NCBI GenBank assembly: GCA_035389045.1
Contig: DAOORA010000051.1
Location: 1-34,517, forward strand
DNA: 34,517 nucleotides
Direction: 5' to 3'
Source of the DNA: Bacteroidales bacterium
GTDB taxonomy: Bacteria > Bacteroidota > Bacteroidia > Bacteroidales > CAIWKO01
Part shown: piece by piece, positions 19,398 through 27,400 of the stretch
Layout: every line of letters begins with the position of its first letter
Numbering within the stretch: position 1 is the first letter of the stretch
Made by a program: the position numbers and the translations under genes
The notes under the pieces: generated by a model
What the model saw: only the letters and a program-made list of their open reading frames with translations
Databases searched by the model: none
What the model was told of the DNA's origin: nothing

Positions 19398-19895
19398 CTG
19401 GGAATTACCTTGGGTGAGTTTGGCGATTACGAGGGTTCAGTGAAAAACTTCGACAAATCAATAGCCTTGAATCCCGACCATAATTCTTACATGATGAGAG
19501 GATTGCATTTTCTTAATTATTATGCCAACAAGGTGTATATTAACGACAGCTCAATAAGAAAGTTTTACATTCAGAAATCAATTAGTGATTTTGAAAGTTC
19601 TTTAAAACTTACCACAGATCCTAATTATAAGATCCAGCTATACAAAAATATAGCCATTGCGTGTATACACAGTGGCGATTATGCTGGTGCCATCCCGAAT
19701 TACGATAAAATAATTGAAATTGATGGAAATAACGCCGATGCTTATGTAAAAAGGAGCGACGCCCGGTATCAGTTGAAAGATTATCAAGGCGCCCTCGACG
19801 ACTGCAACAAAGCCATCGAACTAAACCCTCAGGATATAAATACAATTAAAAACAGGGATTATGTCAAATCCATCCTGGGAAATTCCGTAAAATGA
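17979..19895 (+). CDS. TMTC-like GT-C glycosyltransferase with TPRs (copy 2)
   Basis: WDDNAY, YNPV, HPMHVSVVTWVSG, ANRYTYL, WENSITL and TPRs. The ATG at 17979 aligns with the paralogue start at 22374. Confidence 0.85.
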   Translation: MKKNKITGKKKKNNRIPITDILSDKWRNTIIVGLILTLTFILFYKVVDFQFVLWDDNAYITENELIRDLSWEGLKNIFTTPVIGMYNPVIFLIYAIIYKFWGLDPGAFHFFNLIFHLMATILVYKFIYKLTTRYETAAIVALLFAIHPMHVSVVTWVSGLKTSLYLIFYFLALIHYLNYVKNNYKYKYLLYAALLFILSALSKPTAVTFAPMLFLIDYYMSRKIDRRMFIEKVPFFLVAIAFGVTTLFTHQDMEDTIFDINSDYSLINNLLVSNYSIVFYIEKLFYPMTLCTIYPYPENDVFLPLKYYLAIPVIPLIMFLIYKAGKFKKDVIFGVIFFVIAISVLLRIVPSGFFRAANRYTYLSYTGLFFIIGQFYAYIMDERFPYSRNVKKTLIVLLCVFVIFCCYRTTVRIKVWENSITLFDDIIKKKPKLAMAYNNRALAKKDLGDFYGAIEDFTLAIQNDPEYKWAYYNLGITLGEFGDYEGSVKNFDKSIALNPDHNSYMMRGLHFLNYYANKVYINDSSIRKFYIQKSISDFESSLKLTTDPNYKIQLYKNIAIACIHSGDYAGAIPNYDKIIEIDGNNADAYVKRSDARYQLKDYQGALDDCNKAIELNPQDINTIKNRDYVKSILGNSVK

Positions 19896-20001
19896 TTGTA
19901 AGTGAAAATGTCAAAATAACTTCCTCAAAACAACAACTATTTAATAATTTATAAAAAATGTTCAAATTTCTCATTATCTGTATATTCCCGAATTAATTGT
20001 T

Positions 20002-20140
20002 GAGTCCACTCCAAAAAGACCGGTTTCTCTTAACCTGCGACTTTTGGCCCTTAATCCCAAATGGAAGTCGCAGAAAATCAGCCTCCCTTTGGGTCGGGGC
20101 AAAGCTGATTTTCAAAAATCATACTTTTTGGAGTGGTCTC
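20002..20140. mobile_element. 139-bp MITE with 17-bp TIRs and a 6-bp target-site duplication
   Basis: GAGTCCACTCCAAAAAG ... CTTTTTGGAGTGGTCTC (16/17 match); ATTGTT at 19996-20001 and 20141-20146; two internal hairpins. Confidence 0.85.
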
Positions 20141-20214
20141 ATTGTTAAATTAATGTGGGGAAGTTATTTTGAAAGTTTTACTAATAGAAGTAGTTGTTAG
20201 ATTAATTTATTACG

Positions 20215-22078
20215 TAGTGACTAAACGGAAACTGTTTAAAAGTCTGATTATTAGCAATATAGTGTTAATGAGTTTAGGTAAAATGTTGCAAATGTGATGT
20301 GTTTTTTTTCTGCCTTTGATAATGTAATGCTTGTCTGGAGCGGAAAAGACTTAAAACAGGCACAAAACATTCGCTAATTTTAAGGAAAGAAAAAAAATCT
20401 ACAAAAACATTTGCAACAAAATGAGAAAAAGATTTGAGCAACAATATTCCATAGACCTTATTCCAATCAGTGAGGTAAAAATTAAAGAAAACAAGAGAGA
20501 TAAGCTTCCCCCAATTTTACAGGCATTGCAATACATATTTATCACACCTGAATTAAACCAGGCAGTATTTAATATAATGGAAGATGCCATATTAAAGGAT
20601 AAAAAGAAAACAGGCCGAACCGGAATGGATTTGTTGCATAGACTGGTATTAGGCGTAGTCCGAATGGGTATGGATATAAATTTCGACAGACTCCATGATC
20701 TGTCGAATCATCACAAGCTAATAAGAAAGATAATGGGAGTAGAACCTGAATTTGGAACATGAAAAGAATTTGCATTTACAACTATACTTGAAAATGTAGG
20801 TTTGTTGGATGAATCTACAATAGAAAAAATCAATGAGATAGTGGTAAAAACCGGTCATTTGTTATTAAAAAAAGACGAGAAATTATCCATTAAAGCAGAC
20901 ACCTGTGTTTTAGAGGCCAATGTCCATTTTCTTTCGGATATTGCCTTTTGTGGGATTCTGCCCGCAAATGTTTGGACGTAATAGTCGACCTGCGAGAAAC
21001 TTATCCTTTAAAGGACTGGAGAAAATTTAAGTTTTGGTATAAAGATTAAAAAAAGCAATGTCGTATACTATCCAAAGGCATGCCGGTCGGGAGAAAAAAA
21101 TAAAGAGCAGCAAATTAAAAGACAAGCATCAGAATATTTGCGATTAGCCAATGAATTGGATGAAAAATAAGCCAAAGCAAAGAGTTATTTTATAAACTGG
21201 TAGACAGCCAGACAGGTTTAGCACAATTATTATCATTAGACTATTGTCACACCATGTTGCGTAAACATATAAACTTAGTAGACGCAGGCTTATAAAGGGA
21301 GAAGCTATTCCACAGAGCGAAAAATTGTATTCATTTTTTGAAACTCATACCGAATGGATGAAGAAGTGAAAGTCATAAAGTGGAATTAGGACACAATGTA
21401 TTGATTGTTTCTGATCAGTTTAATTTTATTGATTGCCATAAAACTATTGATTGCCAACAGGATGTCGAGCTTGCGATTCCTCTTGCTGACAAGCTACATC
21501 TGCTCTTTGGAGAAAATGCGATTGAAAGTATAAGTTTTGATAAAGGGTTTTGGCGACAGGAAAAAAGCTGCTTTTACAAATGTACTTTCCCAATGTGATA
21601 ATGCCAAAGAAAGGGAAAAAGAACAGATCAGAACAGGAAGAAGAAAAATCAAAAGTTTTAAGAAGCTCAGGAATAAGCATTCAGCCGTTGAATCAAAAAT
21701 AAACAGTTTAGAACATCATGGGCTGGACCGTTGCCCTGACAAGGGAAAGAGAACCTTTATCAATTCACAGCATTAGGAGTTTTATCCTACAATCTACATC
21801 GTTTGGGACTTGCAGTGATGTTCAAACAAGCAGAACAAAAATCACTCATCAGAAAAGCGACATAGGATAACCGAAGTCCATCGCCAAAGAATGAAATAGA
21901 AAGCATTCTATGGGAAAGCTATTTTCAAAAACTACCAAAACAGCCTAAAATAGGTTAGTTTTAAAATACATGCCTGGTTTGAAAATTTTTTATGGGATAT
22001 TTATGTCTTTAAAATAAATATTTTAAAAATAGTAACCTGTAGTATTAATAAAATAATGGAGCTTCCGTTCAGACACTA
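20215..22078 (+). mobile_element. Decayed insertion sequence, ISNCY-type (possibly ISDol1-like), about 1.86 kb
   Basis: TIRs TAGTGACTAAACGGAAACT and the reverse complement of AGCTTCCGTTCAGACACTA (16/19 match) flank a broken transposase. No clear TSD. Confidence 0.75.
20421..21865 (+). pseudogene. DDE transposase pseudogene
   Basis: MRKRFEQQ...RDKLPPILQALQ...GRTGMDL..LVLGVVR, then a TGA at 20760, further stops and frameshifts, and fragments ADTCVLEANVHF, SISFDKGFW, HSAVESKINSLEHHGLDRCPDKG and LGVLSYNLHRLG. Confidence 0.85.
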
Positions 22079-22085
22079 TTTAGTA

Positions 22086-23792
22086 TTTTTTTGATGAAAA
22101 TCTGAATTCAAATATCGTGAAAAAACGGGATAATGAAACACGAAGTATAGAAAAACAGGTGGGATTTCACCAATAATAGCAGCCGCTTTTATTTATAAAG
22201 CACTCTCTAACACCGTTTATGAGAAAAGCACCAAATAAAAAAACATTATTATTTTTTTTTCATAAAAACTATTTGTATTTTTCGGAGCGTTTAATACGAT
22301 TGGAAAAACAATACGCAAAAAAGATTGATGATATTGGCTCTGTTTTCTTCATTTATGGGTTATATTTCTATTTATGAAAAAAAACAAGATTACAGACAAG
22401 AAAAAGAAAAACACCCCGATACTAAATGGGACTTCGGAGGCCGATAAATGGCGGAATACCATTATTATCGGACTGATCGTTACGCTTACCTTTATTCTTT
22501 TTTATAAAGTAGTGGATTTTCAGTTTGTTTTGTGGGATGATAATACTTACATTATAGAAAATGAGTTGATAAGAGATCTTTCATGGGAAGGACTTAAAAA
22601 CATATTTGCCACTCCGGTAATAGGTATGTATAATCCTGTCGTTTTCCTGATTTATGCGATCATATATAAATTCTGGGGATTAGATCCGGGCGCCTTTCAT
22701 TTCTTCAATCTCATCTTTCATCTTTTGGCGACTATTATGGTTTATAAATTTATTTATAAATTGACCACAAGATATGAAACAGCGGCAATTGTTGCGCTTT
22801 TGTTCGCTATTCACCCGATGCATGTAAGCGTTGTGACCTGGGTGTCCGGATTAAAAACCTCTCTGTACCTGATTTTTTATTTTTTGGCACTTTTTCATTA
22901 TCTGAATTATGTTAAAAATGACTACAAGCATAAATATCTTTTGTATGTAGCCTTGCTGTTCATACTCTCTGCTCTTTCAAAACCCACAGCCGTCACCCTC
23001 GCGCCGATGCTGTTTTTGATGGATTATTATTTGTCAAGAAAAATTGACCGGAGGATGTTTATTGAGAAGATACCGTTCTTCATAATTGCTATTGTTTTCG
23101 GGGTCACTACATTATTTACCCATCAGGAGATGGAAGATGCCATTTTTGATATTAACTCGGATTATTCATTGATCAACAATCTTTTGGTTTCTAATTATTC
23201 TGTTGTGTTCTATTTTGAAAAGCTGTTTTACCCCATGAATCTTTGTACCATTTATCCTTATCCCGAAAACGACATTTTTTTACCTTTAAAGTATTATCTG
23301 GCCATCCCTGTAATCCCGCTTATTTTATTTTTAACATATAAATCTGGTAAATTTAAGAAGGAGGTGATTTTCGGATTGTTATTTTTTGTTATTGCCATTT
23401 CTGTATTACTGAGGATTGTACCTTCCGGTTTTTTCCGAGCGGCCAACAGGTATACCTATTTATCGTATACCGGGCTGTTTTTTATTATTGGCCAGTTCTA
23501 TGCCTATATAATGGATGAAAGATTTCCCTACTCCAGGAATGTGAAAAAAACATTGATCGTTCTTTTATGTGTTTTTGTTATTTTTTGCTGTTACCGGACC
23601 ACGGTCAGGATAAAGGTTTGGGAAAACAGCATTACCCTCTTCGATGATATAATAAAGAAAAAACCGAAACTGGCCATGGCTTATAACAACAGAGCTCTTG
23701 CTAAAAAAGACCTGGGTGACTTTTATGGCGCCATTGAGGACTTTAGTCTGGCCATCCAAAATAATCCTGAATATAAATGGGCTTATTATAAC
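22086..23792 (+). repeat. Duplicated segment, copy B
   Basis: Aligns with 17691-19397 and includes a 290-bp identical block (23385-23674 = 18990-19279). Confidence 0.9.
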
Positions 23793-24215
23793 AGGGGGCT
23801 TGCCAAAAAAGAAATAAATAACTTCACGGGTGCAGTTCAGGATTTCAATAAAGCTATCGAGATCGATCCTGAACTTACCTGGGCTTATTTCAGCCGGGGA
23901 CTGGTGAAGGCCAAATTAGAGGATCATAATGGTGAATTGGCCGACTATTCCAAAGCGATATCGATTGACAAGGATTTTACCGAAGCATATTATAACAGGG
24001 GCGTCGCACTATGCAACCTTCAGGAATACACAAAGGCCATTTCAGACTTTACAAAAGCAATTACGCTAAATCCCGACTATGCTGATGCTTATTTTAACAG
24101 GGGTATGGCTGAATTATTATTAGGACAGCAGGAAGCCGGGTGCGTGGATTTGAAAAAAGCCGGCGACCTGGGGCTTAAAGAAGCGTTTGACGTAATAAAT
24201 CAACATTGTCATTGA
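22374..24215 (+). CDS. TMTC-like GT-C glycosyltransferase with TPRs (copy 3)
   Basis: 613 aa; membrane domain near-identical to copy 2; regular TPRs (AYYNRG, AYFSRG, AYFNRG) and the terminal motif GCVDLKKAGDLG. Confidence 0.85.
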   Translation: MKKNKITDKKKKNTPILNGTSEADKWRNTIIIGLIVTLTFILFYKVVDFQFVLWDDNTYIIENELIRDLSWEGLKNIFATPVIGMYNPVVFLIYAIIYKFWGLDPGAFHFFNLIFHLLATIMVYKFIYKLTTRYETAAIVALLFAIHPMHVSVVTWVSGLKTSLYLIFYFLALFHYLNYVKNDYKHKYLLYVALLFILSALSKPTAVTLAPMLFLMDYYLSRKIDRRMFIEKIPFFIIAIVFGVTTLFTHQEMEDAIFDINSDYSLINNLLVSNYSVVFYFEKLFYPMNLCTIYPYPENDIFLPLKYYLAIPVIPLILFLTYKSGKFKKEVIFGLLFFVIAISVLLRIVPSGFFRAANRYTYLSYTGLFFIIGQFYAYIMDERFPYSRNVKKTLIVLLCVFVIFCCYRTTVRIKVWENSITLFDDIIKKKPKLAMAYNNRALAKKDLGDFYGAIEDFSLAIQNNPEYKWAYYNRGLAKKEINNFTGAVQDFNKAIEIDPELTWAYFSRGLVKAKLEDHNGELADYSKAISIDKDFTEAYYNRGVALCNLQEYTKAISDFTKAITLNPDYADAYFNRGMAELLLGQQEAGCVDLKKAGDLGLKEAFDVINQHCH

Positions 24216-24235
24216 TGTTTTATGATATTGAAATA

Positions 24236-24270
24236 ATTCAGATTTTTTGACTGCCAAAAGAAATCTGAAT
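24236..24270 (+). terminator. Possible terminator hairpin after TMTC-like copy 3
   Basis: ATTCAGATTT...AAATCTGAAT 10-bp stem starting 21 bp after the stop; no strong U-tract. Confidence 0.3.
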
Positions 24271-24330
24271 AGGGTTCCTGTAGGAAAATTTTATAACGGC
24301 AGGTTTTTTATCTATTACAAATAGCTGTTT

Positions 24331-24371
24331 GTGAAAAAAAACTTTTTCACCTTCTTTTTTACTTACATTTG
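24331..24371 (+). promoter_or_regulatory. Putative -7 element TACATTTG (24364-24371) preceded by the palindrome GTGAAAAA-N4-TTTTTCAC
   Basis: TAnnTTTG match about 75 bp upstream of the 24445 start; inverted repeat at 24331-24350. Confidence 0.45.
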
Positions 24372-24444
24372 TCATAGTGTAATAAAGACATACTTTAAAT
24401 AATAAATATCTAAAAAGTGCAGCGTCAGCACTTTAAAAACTGAC

Positions 24445-27400
24445 ATGGTAAAAATGAAGAGATTATTTATCCTTTTTACAGGGTTTTTTATTTTGAGCAT
24501 GCAACAGGTATGGGCTACCGATGTGTTCGGGACTATTTCGGCGGATTCGACCTGGGATGTTTCCGGAAGTCCTTATATCGTTACATCTTCGCTTACAATA
24601 GCTCATGGAGCCACACTCACCATTGACCCCGGTGTTGCCGTCAGATTCGATGACGGACAAAGTTTGTATATAAACGGCGGATTGAATGCGACGAATGTAA
24701 TTTTTACTTCTAACAACCCCAGTCCGGCCTCCGGTATCTGGGGTAATTTTCAGGTTGGCAACGGCAATCCCGCTGATTCCGGAAGTGTCGTACTGAACGC
24801 CTGTCAGTTGCTGTACGGATCCCAGTTTAATGTCACTAACGGTACTGCAACGCTGAACGGTACCGACATCAGTAATTTTATCAATCACACCGTTTGGGTA
24901 GATAATTGGGGACACTTCAATATGACGGGTGGAAATATCAACACGAATAATTCGGCAGCATCATCATGGGGTTGTGCCGTTTATGGTATTGTTTGGTCAC
25001 ATACCACATTGTCAGGGGTTACTATTCAGCATTACAACACCGGGGTACATTTACATCCCGGCGCTACGGTCAGCATCTCCGATATGAATATTACCAACTG
25101 CGGCTGGCCTATTTCTTTCAGTGATGGAGGTTCCAGGCTCATTGTGAGTGGAACAAACTCATTTACCGGGAACAATAATAATGTTGTTCTAATCAACAGC
25201 GGATGGGAACTTTCCGACACGTTGAACCTGCCGGTAATTAATATTCCCTATTATTTCCCGGGCGGTTTGCAGGTAAATCCCGGCGGTTGCATGATCGTGG
25301 AATCAAATAATATTTTAAAGTTCCAGGACAATACAATTCTTAATATCAATGGTACCCTCATTGCCGAGGCCGGTGCAGGCGAAAGTATATATTTTACATC
25401 TTTTCGTGACGACAACTGGGGCGGCGATTCGAATAACGACGGTTCGGCCTCGGCGCCCGGCACAGGGAACTGGTACGGAATACGTTTCGGTGATCTCAGC
25501 TATGATGCTAACTGCCTGATGCGCCGTTGTCAGGTGCGTTATGCAGGATATGATTACAACGGCGGAATAACCACTGAAAGCGCAAGTCCTACGATAGACC
25601 AGTGTGACTTGTCTAACAATTATTATGGCATCTGTATGAGATACACATCGAATCCGGTTTTTACCAACAATACCATAGGCTCCAGCCAAATGACGCCCAT
25701 TGCTATGTCATTTGAAGCAGATCCTGTTATGTCTGACAATACCTTGTCTTTTTCTGATAATGCATACGACGCAATAGGGTTACTTGGAGGAACGCTCTCG
25801 GCAAATGCGGTTCTTAAAATACGTTCTGTGACGAGTATCCCTAATATTACTTACTTTTTGCTGGGCCATATTCATGTTCCCTCCGGGTTATCCTTAACAA
25901 TTAATAAGGGAATTGTAATTAAATCATATCAGGATTGGGATGCGCACAGGATAACGGTCGATGGAATGCTGACAGCAAATGCTAGTGCAGACAGCATGAT
26001 TGTCTTTACATCCGCGCGGGATGATAATTACGGCAATCCCGCAGACTGCAATAAAGATGGTACCATGACATCCCCTGTTACCGGCGACTGGAGCGGTATC
26101 ATCTTTCTTCCGGGTTCAACCGGTACTATGAATTACTGTCGTATCAAATATGCAAAACTTCCCGATTATGGTTTTTCATCATGCAGCGTAACAGAATATG
26201 TTAACGGATGTGCCATTGGCATGGTCGATGCCAGTCCTTCAGTCTCCAACTGCATTTTTGAAAACCTGTTCCAGGCTGTTTCGTGCTACCGCGCATCCAG
26301 CCCCGCCCTGACCAACCTCGATATGATCAACATAAGTTATACGCCTGTTAATATCTCGGGTGCTGCAAATCCCGCGATGAGCGGTATAACATTTACTAAC
26401 GTCGGAATGCGGGCCATTGGATTGCTGGGTGGAAATGTTTGTCAGAATGGTACTCTCCGGAAAAGGGATCTGGCGGGCTATACCAACATTACTTATGTTT
26501 TGCTGTGGGATATGACCATTAATTCCGGCACCTATGTCAATGTGGAACAGGGAATTGTAATTAAAAGCGCACAATATGCAGGGTGCGGCGGTGATATTGG
26601 TTATAGTATTATAGTTGACGGCGGATTTAAAACCGATGGCACATCAGGGCAAGGCGTAGTGTTTACCTCTATTAAGGATGACAACAAGGGAAATCCTGCT
26701 GATTGCAATGGAGATGGAAATGCCACGACACCGGCTCCGGGTGACTGGGGATGTATCAAATTCAGATCAACAAGTGATGACGCCTATTGCAAACTTAATT
26801 ATACCGAGCTTCTCTACTCCGGGAGAATGCCCTGCAATGTTTCCAATGGAGGTGCAGCTTTTGAAAATGCCGGCGGGCAAATGAATTCCTGTCTTATTTC
26901 GAATTCATACAGGTATGGTGTTTATTGTGATGGCAATGCTACACCCCTAATAGATAATGTAGTGATCCAGAACTGTACGCTGGACCCGATCGCCATGTCA
27001 CTGACAGCAAATCCAAGCTTTTCCAACATTACTTTTGTTTCAAATTTCAGCAAAGCCATTAAAATCATTGAGGGCACTCTTTCATCGAATGCGACACTTG
27101 CCCCGCGCAACGTGGCAGGTATTACGAACATCGCTTATGTGGTCAGCGCCCTTACTGTATCCAGTAATGCCAAACTTACCATTCAGCCGGATGTGGTCAT
27201 TAAATTCAGAACAGATGACTGGTGTGGATGGTACCAGATTCCGGCCAAAATGAATATTTACGGGAACCTGATCGCCACCGGAAACGCTTCTCATAAAATC
27301 TATTTTACCTCTTTTGCTGATGATTCCAAAGGCGGGGATTCTAACAATGATGGAAACACCTCTGTTCCTTCAATGGGTGACTGGGGCTATACCACCAATT

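Noticed and set aside
19997..20200. 67-aa ORF
   Set aside because: Spans the MITE; chance ORF.
20760..20762. In-frame TGA (and the TAA at 33862) as recoding or an alternative genetic code
   Set aside because: Both lie in transposases with other lesions, and intact genes in the window use TGA, TAA and TAG as normal stops.
18990..23674. Paralogue pair as a DGR TR/VR pair
   Set aside because: Differences are not adenine-specific, both copies are full genes, and there is no reverse transcriptase.
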